Made by a program: the position numbers and the translations under genes. Below are positions 10,557 through 21,963 of a stretch of DNA of 64,000 nucleotides, piece by piece. The DNA is from an uncultured Nitrospinota bacterium (GTDB lineage: Bacteria > Tectomicrobia > Entotheonellia > J063 > CAVPRW01), in assembly GCA_963707985.1 (NCBI GenBank), contig CAVPRW010000037.1, positions 96,001 through 160,000 of the forward strand. Reading direction: 5' to 3'. The notes under the pieces were generated by a model that had not been told where the DNA came from, made no database searches, and saw nothing but the letters and a program-made list of their open reading frames with translations. Position 1 is the first letter of the stretch. Every line of letters begins with the position of its first letter.

Positions 10557-11766
10557 TCACCACGGTTGTGAGCGGTCTGAGAATTCAGAGGGCGTAGCGA
10601 ATTGGACCTCCAGGATGGGGCGGATCTCCCAGTGCGCTGTGGTGGCCTGCAAGCGTTTCCCTCGTGAAGGCACAGGAGGGGATGCAGCGGGAACCGACAG
10701 CTGGCCCGTCAGTTGCACAAAGATCGGACGCTGCATGATCGAGCCGCGTAGCGATGGTTCCTGCTGCCGGAGCAGCTGCTGTCTGATGAAGGTCCGAACC
10801 GTCTGGAGCTGAGCCTGTCCGACTGGGGAACCTTGGGCCTGGTTTGGGGGAGGTACCGAGGCGACCAGCACCCGGGTTCCAGCCTGCCGGTTTGGGGTGA
10901 CGTACAGGTGGTACGTGCTGTCGGGGGCACGGGAGATCCGCTGGAGCCATCCGGTTACGTGCAGCATGTCTCCCACCTGGATGTCTGAGGGGGCTGACCC
11001 TGGAGATGGAGGCTCGGAATGTGTGGTCAGCCTTCTCGGGTGGCGCTTGGAGCGTAAGCAGGTCGGTCACGCTAACGGCTTTCGGCATCTCCACTGGATC
11101 AATTGGGCCTAACGTATCGCCCTGTCCGTTCACGTGTTGCGGCTGGTTGTGCGACTGGAACCGGGGAGAGAAACATCCCTCGGCTCCCCGATCGGGAGTT
11201 GATCGGCCGACCACGGGGGCACGGCTCCTTGGCGGTTGTCCGCTGTCGACCCGGAAGGCATGCGCCCAGAATCCGTAGGCCACCACCACTGCGATGCCGA
11301 TCAGGGGAGCCAACAGGGTGTACCATCCCCTGGATTGCGTCGGCGGCCGGTCGTAGAGCGCAGACAGCACGAGATATTCCCGGAGAGCGGCACAGCGGGT
11401 GGAGTGTACATCCACCGCTTCCTGCGCGAAGCTGAGCCGGGTGTCGTCGGTGCCTACTGGCCGTATACTGCCATGCGGCGTGGGCGGTTGGTGCTCGACG
11501 ATAATGGGGAAGAATGCCCCCTTGATGGCTTTACCATGGCGCAGGACACAGCAGCGATACTGCCAGGTTTGCCGGGTGGTCATCGTCGTGCGGACCTTGT
11601 ATTCCCCATGTTGACCAAAAGCGTGACTGAGAACCCCATGCTCTAAGAGCTCGGCAACCGCTTGCGCCTTTTTGTCATTACCGGGCGGGTGCCCGACCGG
11701 CGTATCAGGCCATGCCGCGAGGGATGACCGGGATGAGGAGCGTTCATCGAACGGTATGACAGTCAT
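10557..11766 (-). CDS. Membrane-anchored hypothetical protein with C-terminal OB-fold-like domain (frameshift near 10990)
   Basis: Two overlapping minus-strand ORFs. One TM helix (LLAPLIGIAVVVAYGFW). C-terminal VTGWL..YHLYV..WEIRPI. Confidence 0.5.
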
Positions 11767-12349
11767 GACGACAGCCTCCCTGTGCGCCAAATGTCGTGTG
11801 GCTGGAGATCGAGAGTCGCAACAGGACCCTCTTCGCCTAAAACGCTGTTACGTATGGCACTAGAGGCGTTGGGGGGCTAGGAGAGGATCAGCAGTTCGGT
11901 CTTACCAAAAAACGGGAATAGGCCGGTAGGACCGGCAAAGCCGGGCGTTCAGAGGATGGAAACAGACTGGCTTTCCTTTTCCGCATGGCAAGCTCCTTGT
12001 CCGCAGCAGTGTTCAGCACGGGGCGCATGAGCAGCCCAGGAAAGGTGAAGTAGAGTTAATATAGCAAACCAAACAGGTAGGTCAAGCACAACATGAATAT
12101 ATAATTCATCACCTATTAATATGAAAAATACGTTTTGAACAATATACATATTAATTATCTATCAATCCTGATCTGAATCATTTATCGTGCCAGGTGTGTC
12201 CTCTGGCGGGTCGTCGTGCCATGGATGCAACGCAAAGCACCCCCCGACCTCACCCCTGAGTCCCCCTCATGGTTCATCATCAAGCTTCTGCAGGAGCAGG
12301 ACCAGCTGTCGCGGAGGCCCTGCGCCACCATATCCCTGGCGCTGCGAGG

Positions 12350-13109
12350 TCACATCGAGGTGTAACCCCCGTCGACGGGCAGTGCAACCCCTGTGATGTA
12401 GTCGGAAGCAGGGCTAGCTAGGAAGACGGCGGCACCGGCGAGCTCATCGGGCTCACCCCAGCGTCCATGCGGAATGCGAGATTTAATAGAAGTTGTAGCG
12501 CTCTGCAGATGCAGAGGCCGTCAGGTCGGTGTGAATCCATCCAGGGAGTAGCGCATTGACTTGGATATTGTCCTTTGCCCAAAACACCGCCAGGCTCTTG
12601 GTGAACTGCACCACCCCACCCTTGGTCGCCCCATAGGCTGGAGAGACGTTGCTGCCGAAGATGGACGTCATGGAACCGATATTGATGATCTTGCCTCCTC
12701 CTGCCTGAGCCATGGATGGATATGCTGCTCGCGAGCACAAGAAGACCCCAGTGAGATTGGTGTTCAGGACCTGCTGCCACTCCATCAGCGTGTAGTCTTG
12801 TGGTGCTTTACGAATGTTGATACCAGCGTTATTGACGAGGATATCGATGCCGCCGAACGCCTTCACGGTGGCTTGCACCATCGCCTGTACCGAGGCTTCA
12901 TCCTGCACGTCCGTCACGACGCTCATGGCCTTGACGCCCAACGCATGCAGGGCTGCGACCGCCTGCGCGTTCTTCTCAGCACGACGTGCCGCGATGACGA
13001 TGTTCGCACCGGCTTGCCCCAGCCCTCGCGCTATGCCATAGCCAATGCCACCATTGCCGCCTGTCACAATCGCCCCTTTGCCGGTCAGATCAAAGTTTGC
13101 TGCCATCAT
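12350..13109 (-). CDS. SDR oxidoreductase, KduD-like (frameshift near 12485)
   Basis: [12 protein letters not shown] and YGATK motifs. Continues in another frame as [31 protein letters not shown]. Confidence 0.85.
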
Positions 13110-13311
13110 CGGACTCCTGGTTTTGACTTTCGTTGCGCTCAAGATTACAGTAGGGCCTCCCTGACGCTGACACAAGACCGGATGAAACGATTTGTAGTTC
13201 TGACGCGTCAGGGGGTTGGTGCGGTTATCACTGCCGGGTGGATGTCGGTCTCTCCTGACAGGGACCTATCCGCCAATCAATCATTCAGCCTGTGCTGGGT
13301 CGGAGGATGCT

Positions 13312-14103
13312 ATGGGTTACGAGTATATCCTAGTCGAGAAGGAAAGCGGTGTAGCGATTCTCACCATGAATCGCCCAGCTCAACTTAACGCCATGAATCG
13401 GCAGTTGAGCTCAGAGTTGCATGATGCCGTCACGCAAATGGTGGCAGACGACGAAGTGGGTTGCATTGTCATTACGGGAGCGGGGCAACGCGCGTTTACG
13501 GCGGGCGGCGATATCCATGAGCAACGTGAGAACGATGTCGCCTTCACCCAGGAGGAATTGGATGCGCGCAGCGCCGTCCGGAGCCGAGGCAGCTATGAGA
13601 TCAGCGCCTGTCCCAAACCAACGATCGGCATGATGAACGGCCTGGCCTACGGAGGGGGCGCAGTTTTAGCGTCGTCGCTGGATATGCGGATCGGCTGTGA
13701 GAATACCCGCTTTCGCTTTCTAGCGGCTGCCTACGGCCGCATCAATAGCACCTGGACCCTGCCTAACCAGGTGGGCTGGCCGATCGCCAAGGAGCTTTTG
13801 TTCTCGGCCCGCATCGTCGAGGCGGAGGAGGCCTATCGTATTGGCTTGTTGAACCATTTGGTCCCATCCGCGCAACTGCGAGAGAAAACCATGGAGCTGG
13901 CGACGATGATCGCCGGCAACCGCAGCGACGCGGTCATGGGGGTCAAGGACCTGCTGCTCCGACAGATGGGCCGCAGTCTTGAGGAGCAATGGGTACTAGA
14001 ACGCGACTATACAAGGAATGTGGTACGAGGTGCAAAGGCTGAGGAGGCCTTTCCCGAGTTTATCGCTCGTAAAGGCAGGCCTCTACCACCTCAAAAGCCG
14101 TAA
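13312..14103 (+). CDS. Enoyl-CoA hydratase/isomerase family protein
   Basis: NRPAQLNAM, AFTAGGDI and AYGGG crotonase motifs. Confidence 0.9.
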   Translation: MGYEYILVEKESGVAILTMNRPAQLNAMNRQLSSELHDAVTQMVADDEVGCIVITGAGQRAFTAGGDIHEQRENDVAFTQEELDARSAVRSRGSYEISACPKPTIGMMNGLAYGGGAVLASSLDMRIGCENTRFRFLAAAYGRINSTWTLPNQVGWPIAKELLFSARIVEAEEAYRIGLLNHLVPSAQLREKTMELATMIAGNRSDAVMGVKDLLLRQMGRSLEEQWVLERDYTRNVVRGAKAEEAFPEFIARKGRPLPPQKP

Positions 14104-14187
14104 CCCCTTGAGCTCTTTAGACCAGTGCTGAGAGCAAACATTCGGTAGGAACATTGAAATCGGAAAGCGTCTGACGAGCACATCGGC

Positions 14188-14227
14188 GGCAACCGAGAAC
14201 CGAGACATCCCGAGACTCGGTTGCCGA
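14188..14227. terminator. Hairpin between convergent genes
   Basis: GGCAACCGAG...CTCGGTTGCC inverted repeat. Confidence 0.4.
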
Positions 14228-14254
14228 GCAGCACCTGTATGAGCGATCTACCGT

Positions 14255-15910
14255 CTATCCACCCGCACCCTCATCAAAGCGCGACCGGCGGGCCTCAAGA
14301 TTACTATGGACGTCGATCAATACGGTACGACCTTCCGCGTTCAGGCGTTGGGCCTGCTTGAGCGCGGGAGCGATGTCGTCCGGTCTGATGACCGTGATGC
14401 CGACCGCTCCCAGGCCCTCGGCGATCTTGGCATAGTCGCCGGTCATCTTGGTCACTTCGAACATTTGGCGGGCGGTGGGATAGCCGCCAGGGTAAGTGGC
14501 CATGTCACCATTGTTGAGGAGGATGGTGGTGATCGGTGCGCCGGCGCGGACAGAGGTTTCAATGTCCAAGCCGGACATGCCGAAGGCGCCATCGCCCATG
14601 AAGTTGAGGCAGAACTTGTCGGGCTTGGCGAGCTTAGTACCGATCATCAGCGGGATGCCATAGCCCAGGTGCGTCGTCTTGCCCCACCCAATATAGCTGT
14701 GCGGCACCGTGGCAGAATAGAACGGCATGATCGTGTCACGCGGAGCGCCAGCGTCGTGCGTGACGATGCTATGTTCCTTGTCGAGCGTGCGTTCCAACTC
14801 GCCGATGACTCGATACGTGTTGATGGGCATCTCATCAGAGTTCAGCAATCCCGTCCAAGAGGCCATCCACTTCTGCTTGATCTCGGCGATCTCGGCGGCG
14901 ACGTGGGTCTGTCCCTTGCGTCCGTTCGGGCCGAGCTGGGCCTTAACCTCCTCAATTAGCATGCGGATGGTCAGTTTGGTATCACCCGGCAGACCGACAT
15001 CGACGAAATAATCCTTGTCGATGTCCTGCAGGCTCTCCGTATTGTGGATCATGATTTTCCCAGTGGGGATGGGCTGACCGTAGCTGGTACGCGTCAGGCT
15101 TGAGCCCAGGGCCAGCAGGAGGTCAGATTCTTGAAGCCACTGGCGGGCTTGCAGGCTGGTGGAGGAACTGCCCGAGCCCAGCGCCAGGGGATGGCGTTCA
15201 TCGAATCCAGACTTACCGGGCATCGTGCAGTAGACGGGGATCTCTGTTAGCTCCGCCAGCTCTTGCAGCTCTGCTGAAGCGTCCGCCAGCAGCGTACCCA
15301 TCCCGGACCAGATGACGGGCTTGTGGGCCCCCAACAACAGCCGCACGGCATCCTTGACATCGCTTGCCGAAGGCGTTTGCGGATATCTCTTGGGAGACTG
15401 ATAGTGCATGGCCGCTTCGGCGACTTCCTGGGTGGCGACGTCGGCGGGGATCTCCACGATCACCGGTCCTGGGCGACCGTTACGCAAATGGTGAAACGCC
15501 CGTCGCATCACACTGGCAGCCATATCTGACTTCCAGACCACCTCGCTGTGGACAGAGACGGACTGATAGGTGCGCACGGGGGAGAAGTTCGGCTGCACCG
15601 AATGCTGGGCCAAAGCCGGACCGCCTGGGAGGTACAGGATGGGTACGTTATCGCCGAAGGCCTGAGCCAATCCGCCCATGGCGTTTTCAGATCCGGGTCC
15701 CCCCTGGGTGATCACGACGCCGAACTTCTGGCGGTTGTTCATACGGCTGTAGCCGTCGGCAGCCATGAGCGCCCCGCGTTCCTGCCGGAACATAATCGGC
15801 CGGATACCTTCCTTAGCGACAGCCTCGATTAAATTATTAGACGGGAAGCATGAGATCCACTCCACGCCTTCCGTCTTTAAGATACGTGCGATAACCTGCT
15901 GTGTATTCAT
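14255..15910 (-). CDS. Thiamine pyrophosphate-requiring enzyme (acetolactate synthase-like)
   Basis: RQERGALMAADG, GPGSEN and the TPP motif GDGAF...NN. Confidence 0.9.
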   Translation of the reverse strand: MNTQQVIARILKTEGVEWISCFPSNNLIEAVAKEGIRPIMFRQERGALMAADGYSRMNNRQKFGVVITQGGPGSENAMGGLAQAFGDNVPILYLPGGPALAQHSVQPNFSPVRTYQSVSVHSEVVWKSDMAASVMRRAFHHLRNGRPGPVIVEIPADVATQEVAEAAMHYQSPKRYPQTPSASDVKDAVRLLLGAHKPVIWSGMGTLLADASAELQELAELTEIPVYCTMPGKSGFDERHPLALGSGSSSTSLQARQWLQESDLLLALGSSLTRTSYGQPIPTGKIMIHNTESLQDIDKDYFVDVGLPGDTKLTIRMLIEEVKAQLGPNGRKGQTHVAAEIAEIKQKWMASWTGLLNSDEMPINTYRVIGELERTLDKEHSIVTHDAGAPRDTIMPFYSATVPHSYIGWGKTTHLGYGIPLMIGTKLAKPDKFCLNFMGDGAFGMSGLDIETSVRAGAPITTILLNNGDMATYPGGYPTARQMFEVTKMTGDYAKIAEGLGAVGITVIRPDDIAPALKQAQRLNAEGRTVLIDVHSNLEARRSRFDEGAGG

Positions 15911-16333
15911 TCAGTCTCCTCCACAATCTCGTTGTGCAACTTCCCACATTTCACTGGTAATAGTGATATCATTCTTCGTTCATCCCGTCAGCATCATAGC
16001 AACCGCACACAAAAAAGGGAATCGCTCTGTCATAGGGCAGCACCACGGGGCATCATTCCACATATCGTCAAATGGAACACAGGCGGTTTCACGACGTGGG
16101 AGCAGAGCATAGGCGATTTGCTGGCACTTTACAAGAGGGACTGTCTTCAGAAACGCAACCAGAGCGCCACGAAGGGCCGTGGGCAAGGCTACGCCATTGG
16201 GAACCGAAGCAGACGGTGACCACGTGACACATGCACCGCAGACTTCCCGCTCTCCGCATGGCACGGCGCACCCCCGCCCAGCCATCCCGCTCGATGGCAG
16301 GTCCGGGCAGGGGTACATATGTGGCGTCCCAAA

Positions 16334-16876
16334 CTATGTACCTTCAAAACTGGCTAAAGAGGGGCCGTTGTAGTGGTAGTCCGCGCGATAGGCCTGCATC
16401 AGCGCTCGCATATCTTGCCGGAGCTCCTCCAGCGTCGGCCGTCCAACGAACCACCAACCATCGTAGATCGCATGGATTTTTAGATCTGGTCCCAGGGAAA
16501 AGGCATAGGGAAGCGCAACTAAGCCGTATTTGAAATCGGGTGGCGTCACTTCAACCATATCGAGCTGTCGGATGGCACGACGCTCGTGATCACTGAGGAA
16601 TGTAAAGGTCGCCCCGAGTCCTGCTCGAAAGGCCGCGCTGATGTCTGGTGGATCGGTACTGACAACTGCCAGCTTACAGTAGTTGACCTGCAAGTCCTCC
16701 TGCAATTCGAGGAAGCGCCGCACCTGGCGCGCGCATTTCGGTCACCAATAGCCGCGGTAGAAGCTCACGATCAGCGGAAAACCACCGGCCAGTTCCGACA
16801 AGGTGACGAGTTGATGCCGATGATCAGAAAGCGTTAAATCGGGAAATCGCTTGCCCACCACGAGATCCGGATGCAT
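16334..16876 (-). CDS. AhpC/TSA redoxin, probable selenoprotein (U45-P-K-C)
   Basis: FYRGYW-TGA-PKC. The TGA at 16742-16744 is in frame with both flanking ORFs. RBS GAAAGGAG. A hairpin lies immediately 3' of the UGA. Confidence 0.8.
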
Positions 16877-16931
16877 GCGTGTCTCCTTTCCGAGCGGCCC
16901 TGGGCGAAGCCCATGGCGTTGAGAATCTCTC

Positions 16932-17927
16932 CTAGAGTGGCCGGAACAACGCCAGCAGAAACCAGCGTCGGGCGTCAAACCAGGTGCGACGTAGCACGAG
17001 ATTGGCCTGGTATCCTAAATCACGGACTTCGTCAACGCTATACTTATACGAACTTTCCGTATGAATCGTTTCATCCTTGTCAAACGACACCACTTGTTCG
17101 AGCTCGACAATGGGAACGCGCTGAGCTCGTCGACTGCGGAGGTGCATCTCGATACAACCCTGTGCATCGTTGTAGAGGGCTAGGTGCTCAAAGCTCTGTA
17201 GGTCGAACCGTCCGCCAAGCTCATGATTAATGCGGTGGAGGACATTGAGGTTGAACGCTGCCGTGACACCCTGGGCGTCGTCATAGGCAGGTAGGAGAAT
17301 CGCTGGCGATTTTTTCAAGTCGATGCCCAGGAGAAAGGCGTCCTCAGGCCCCAGTATGGCGGCCATACGCTGGAGGAACTCGGCGCTCTCGGCAGGCGTG
17401 AAGTTCCCCAGACTCGAACCGAAAAAGGCCACGGCTTTCTGCTCTAGCTGGAACGCCTGAATAACCTCCGGTTGCCCCGAGAAGTCGGCGTGCATGGCAC
17501 GAATCTCAGCATAGCTGTATTCCTGCAGCAGGCGGTTGGCTGTGTCCCACAAAACCTCTCGAGCAATATCGACTGGGCAATAGGAAAACGGTCGTCCGGC
17601 CCATTCATACGCGTCGAGGAGGTAACGGGTTTTGGTGGCGCTTCCAGACCCGAGCTCCACCAGCGCCAGGTGACCGATGTCGGCATGAATCTGCGCGGCA
17701 TAGGTGCTGAGAATCTCCTGTTCCGCCCGGTATGGATAGTACTCGGGCAACGCACAAATTTGCTCGTACAGTTGGGAGCCGCGCGCGTCATACAAGTACT
17801 TCGGCGGCAGCCATTTTTGTGGGGCGGCAAGCCCATGGGCTACGTCCCGCCCAAAGAGGTGTCGGTTCAGGCGTACATCCATATCATAAAACTGGAGTCG
17901 TTTATTGGCGAGTTCCTTGGTCGGCAT
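16932..17927 (-). CDS. egtD: L-histidine N-alpha-methyltransferase
   Basis: LPPKYLYDARGSQL, ELGSG, GSSLGNF, AYDDAQGVTAAFNLN and TESSYKY motifs. Confidence 0.93.
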   Translation of the reverse strand: MPTKELANKRLQFYDMDVRLNRHLFGRDVAHGLAAPQKWLPPKYLYDARGSQLYEQICALPEYYPYRAEQEILSTYAAQIHADIGHLALVELGSGSATKTRYLLDAYEWAGRPFSYCPVDIAREVLWDTANRLLQEYSYAEIRAMHADFSGQPEVIQAFQLEQKAVAFFGSSLGNFTPAESAEFLQRMAAILGPEDAFLLGIDLKKSPAILLPAYDDAQGVTAAFNLNVLHRINHELGGRFDLQSFEHLALYNDAQGCIEMHLRSRRAQRVPIVELEQVVSFDKDETIHTESSYKYSVDEVRDLGYQANLVLRRTWFDARRWFLLALFRPL

Positions 17928-18083
17928 GGCTGTCCTTTACCGCAGTCGCATCTGCATTGTTATGGGGGGCACCTTGGAACGGCGTCATCCGATTCGTGCT
18001 GACTCCTTTATCATGCCGTTGCGGCTATTGCACGCCCGCATCAAAAGCGTGGAGGCCCTCAGGCGGCTGGATGGGCATAGGGC

Positions 18084-19406
18084 TTACTGTCGAATCGTCC
18101 TGGCGAGCCGGAGCCCCATAAATTGCCAACGGGCATCGGCAGGAAAAAAGTTGCGATAGCTTGGCCGAATATGTGAGACCGAGGTGGCACACGATCCACC
18201 GCGCAGTACGAACTGGTTCGCCATAAATTTGCCGTTATACTCTCCGAGCGTACCCGGTGCTGGAGTGTACCCTGGATAGGGGGAATAGTGACTCTGGGTC
18301 CACTCCCAGACATCCCCGAACATCTGGGCCAGTGGCACAGTATGATCGGTCTGGCCCAGGGGGACCGGATGGAAGGTCTGTTGGTCGACGAAATTGCCGC
18401 TGATCGGCAGAGATATCGCCGCGACCTCCCATTCGACCTCGGTGGGTAGGCGCGCACCAGCCCATCGCGCATAGGCATCCGCTTCATAGTAACTGACGTG
18501 ACAGACGGGTTCGGCTTCCTGGACGACTTGCATTCCCGCAAGCGTCAGCATCCACCAACGACCATGCTGCTGCTCCCAATATAGCGGGGCCTTCCATCCT
18601 TCGCGCTGGACCGTGTCCCACCCCATCGAAAGCCATAGCTCCGGCCGTTCATACCCACCGTCGGCCATGAAGGCCAAAAACTCCCTATTGGTGACGAGGC
18701 ATGATGCCAAGTGAAAGGGCTCGATAAAGCTCCGATGCCTCGGGGATTCATTATCAAAAGCAAATCCCTGACCATCATGGCCAATCCAGTACACCCCCTC
18801 GGGAAAGCTCACCCACTGTGGTGCGCACCCTACCTGGGCAGGGCGCGCGTTGTTAGCAACCACATACGCTGGTCGCAAAGGATTGCAGGAAAAATTGTAT
18901 TTCAGATCGGTTAAGAGCAACTCTTGATGCTGTTGCTCATGCTGCAGGCCGAGCTCGACAATAGGAGACCAGATAGCGAGCAGATCGTCACCTAAACCCT
19001 CCAAAAAGGCCGTTATCTGCTGGTCGACATAGGCTCGATAGCGATAAATCTCCTCGACGGTCGGACGCGACAGCAGCCCCCGTTTTGGCCGGCTATGTCT
19101 CTCACCAGCCCCCACGTAATAGGAATTGAACAGATACGCATAGGAAGCATGGGGCGATCGATAGGTTGGATCAGCCGAGGCCAGCACAAACGTTTCGAAA
19201 AACCAACTCGTATGCGCCAGATGCCACTTCGGGGGGCTCACATCTGGCATGGCTTGAATGACATAATCTTCGGTCACGAGAGGCTGGCAAAGACACTCGG
19301 TAAACTGTCGCACCTGATGGTACCGTCTGATGAGTGTCTCCTGGGGGGAAGGTTCCCTGGAGATGGAGGAGGTTATCGCATCGTGGGCACTTTGAGAAAA
19401 GGGCAC
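18084..19406 (-). CDS. egtB: Ergothioneine sulfoxide synthase (DinB_2 + FGE-sulfatase domains)
   Basis: KWHLAHTSWFFE, FNSYY, HEQQHQE, GEYNGKF and RGGSC motifs. Confidence 0.93.
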   Translation of the reverse strand: MPFSQSAHDAITSSISREPSPQETLIRRYHQVRQFTECLCQPLVTEDYVIQAMPDVSPPKWHLAHTSWFFETFVLASADPTYRSPHASYAYLFNSYYVGAGERHSRPKRGLLSRPTVEEIYRYRAYVDQQITAFLEGLGDDLLAIWSPIVELGLQHEQQHQELLLTDLKYNFSCNPLRPAYVVANNARPAQVGCAPQWVSFPEGVYWIGHDGQGFAFDNESPRHRSFIEPFHLASCLVTNREFLAFMADGGYERPELWLSMGWDTVQREGWKAPLYWEQQHGRWWMLTLAGMQVVQEAEPVCHVSYYEADAYARWAGARLPTEVEWEVAAISLPISGNFVDQQTFHPVPLGQTDHTVPLAQMFGDVWEWTQSHYSPYPGYTPAPGTLGEYNGKFMANQFVLRGGSCATSVSHIRPSYRNFFPADARWQFMGLRLARTIRQ

Positions 19407-19746
19407 GTTCCTCTCCTCTTCCGCATTGTCTTCAACCTCGGACCCTGTTACTTCACATCCGGTGGGTGACTATGTCTCCCCCTTGTTGACACCACGCATA
19501 CCGTTGAAGCCCTGCCTTGAACCTGCCTAAGTGATCTTGCCAGGGTGCGGGGCACTGGCGATGTTCTGAAAATTGCTAGCAGGGAAGCTATTATACCGCA
19601 AGTTAGCGGCATGCTTGCCTGAATTCTCCGTATGCTCTACACTTGGGTTACTATGGACAACTATACAGCAGTTTTCCGGTTTTTGCCCAGGCTGGAGCTT
19701 TCCGCATGATCTCTCGCCTGTGAGGCCGTTGCTGGGAAATGGCTCT

Positions 19747-20421
19747 TCAGGCTTTTGAAGCGTGCACGAGGGATAGCAACTCCCCAAACGTGTCGATCAC
19801 ATAGTCCGGTGCACAATGCAACAGAGCATCTTGCCCGCCGAAGCCATAGGTGACGGCACAGGTCACGACGCCAGACGCCTTTCCCGCCAGAATGTCGGCG
19901 GGGGTATCGCCAACCATCAAGGCCTGCGGAGGGGCACAGTGTAGGGCGGCGAGGGCCGCGAGCACGGTGTCGGGGGCGGGCTTGAGGCGCAGATCGGGGG
20001 TACCGCCCTGGATGTGCCGAAAAAAGGGACTGAGGCCAAGCCGTCGCAAGACGATCTCCGCTTCCGCTGGCTCTTTGGTGGTGACGATGCCGAGCGTGAA
20101 GGTGGCCAATGCCTGTAAGGTATCGATGACCCCAGGGTATAATTGTGTGAAACAGGCGTCCTGCTGGGCATAGGTGTGACGGTAAGCAGTCAGGAAGGCA
20201 CCGGTCAACGCAGGAGACAACGGCCCCCCGAGCTCCCAGAGCATCTCGGCGAGGGGCTTTCCAATGTGGTGGCCAATCGCTGAGGCACTGGGCGGGGTGC
20301 CATCGATCACGGTCCGCCAGGCGTGCTGAAAGGCTGTGGCGATGTCCAACCGGGAGTCCACTAGCGTGCCATCCAGGTCACACAAGATCGTCGTGATGGT
20401 GCGGTTCTCACCCCGCTGCAC
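19747..20421 (-). CDS. HAD hydrolase, phosphoglycolate phosphatase-like
   Basis: DLDGTLVDS, KPAP and MVGDT motifs. Confidence 0.9.
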   Translation of the reverse strand: MQRGENRTITTILCDLDGTLVDSRLDIATAFQHAWRTVIDGTPPSASAIGHHIGKPLAEMLWELGGPLSPALTGAFLTAYRHTYAQQDACFTQLYPGVIDTLQALATFTLGIVTTKEPAEAEIVLRRLGLSPFFRHIQGGTPDLRLKPAPDTVLAALAALHCAPPQALMVGDTPADILAGKASGVVTCAVTYGFGGQDALLHCAPDYVIDTFGELLSLVHASKA

Positions 20422-20548
20422 TTTCCTCTCCCCGTGCGCACCCGTTACTCTCGTCGGAACGAGTGATGACACTCCGGTGATCGACGACCACTTCAGAGCT
20501 GGTGACACCGTCAAAGTCACAACCTATTCCCGTCGACCCAGGTGACTC

Positions 20549-21871
20549 ATGCGCAACGCGATTTTTTATCTCACATATAATGGGCTCTATAATTTTACCA
20601 ATGGCATCGGTACCCAAACACAACTGCTAATCAGTGGCCTCGAAGCCATACAGGAGACGCTGATTGCGCAGCATGGGCCCATCGATGCGCATGTAGTTTG
20701 CCCGTTGCCAGATACGCAGACCTGGGGTTATGAGCACACCTTCTTTCAGCGGCAGCAGCAACGTCTGGCAGCGCTTGGCGGCTACGTACATCTCATTCCA
20801 TACAAACAGGACCCTGAGCAAGATCTCTGGGAGCTTCGTTCCTGGAAAGCCCTCTGCCAAAACGTGGCGCCGGTATTACACAGGCAAATGGTGGCCTATG
20901 ACCGATCGTTGATCATTTGTGTGGACCAGCCTTGGTTGCAGACGCCTCAGGTGCTCGGGATGCACCCCGGCCAGGCATTGCCGTATCATACCGATGTGCT
21001 CCTGGTGCTGTATAGCACGGCCTTCATCCGCAACTGGGAGAACCCTGACGCGACAGAGATTGCCTGGGAGCGGGAAGGGCTTGAGGCGTCCCAGCCCGGC
21101 TCGTGCGTGGCACTTGCCAACATCTGCCCATCGTTTACCACCCATCTCAAGACCCACTTCCGGCTATCGGCGGCGCAATTTGTCCCTTACACTTCGAGTA
21201 TCCTCCTGAATGACCGCACTTTTACCGTACTCGACGAGGCGGTGGTGCGAACGACGCTGCAGGCCTATGGCGTCCCCCTCGATGCTGATGTCGTGCTGGC
21301 ATTTGGTCGAGCCGCAGCTATCAAGGGGTTCGAGCGGCTGATCCCAGCCCTTGCCCCGCTCCGTGATCGGATACATTTTGTGCTCATCTCGGTACCATAC
21401 ACCAATGACGACTCCCAACAACAGATTTATGATCAACTGCTGCAACAGTACGCCATACGGGCAACCCACATCAAGGCGTTTACACGGGACTTGCCGCCTG
21501 CCTTATGTCAATGGCCCAGGACAAAAATGGTTGTCGTCCCGTCTCGACACGAAACATTCTCCAACATCCCGCTCGAAGTCGCACTGTGGGCGCGTGGAAA
21601 CGGCCCAGTGGTGGTGGCCTCAAGCGTCGGCGGGTTCGTCGACCAAATCGAGGATGGTGTCACAGGATTTCTTATGGATATCTCGTCGTGTCTGCACATG
21701 ACCCAGACGCTGCTCCATGTGCTCGATCTGTCTCAAGACGCACATGCGGCAATTCGGTATCAGGCCTATCAGCGGGTCATCTGCGACTTCGACTTCACGA
21801 AAAACTTTCCGGTCACTCTACGGTGGTTTTGGCAGGGGGAACCTCTGAGGGCGCGTGACCGAGTGCGCTGA
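20549..21871 (+). CDS. Glycosyltransferase family 4 (GT-B)
   Basis: FGRAAAIKG, PSRHETFSNIPLE (E-x7-E) and VVASSVGG motifs. Confidence 0.85.
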   Translation: MRNAIFYLTYNGLYNFTNGIGTQTQLLISGLEAIQETLIAQHGPIDAHVVCPLPDTQTWGYEHTFFQRQQQRLAALGGYVHLIPYKQDPEQDLWELRSWKALCQNVAPVLHRQMVAYDRSLIICVDQPWLQTPQVLGMHPGQALPYHTDVLLVLYSTAFIRNWENPDATEIAWEREGLEASQPGSCVALANICPSFTTHLKTHFRLSAAQFVPYTSSILLNDRTFTVLDEAVVRTTLQAYGVPLDADVVLAFGRAAAIKGFERLIPALAPLRDRIHFVLISVPYTNDDSQQQIYDQLLQQYAIRATHIKAFTRDLPPALCQWPRTKMVVVPSRHETFSNIPLEVALWARGNGPVVVASSVGGFVDQIEDGVTGFLMDISSCLHMTQTLLHVLDLSQDAHAAIRYQAYQRVICDFDFTKNFPVTLRWFWQGEPLRARDRVR

Positions 21872-21963
21872 AGCTGACCGTGACATGAGGGCGGGAGTGC
21901 GAGTCGCTGGGGTGGGACCTAGGGCGGGGATTTGCCATGCACTTGTTGACAGTCGTCAGCTCC

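Noticed and set aside
11949..12190. AT-rich segment as small ORF or replication origin
   Set aside because: No RBS-supported ORF and no DnaA-box array seen; more likely a regulatory spacer.
16334..21871. Selenoneine (senABC) cluster
   Set aside because: No selD/senC in the window, the EgtB motifs look like the sulfur-type enzyme, and the nearby GT4 is not in the operon.
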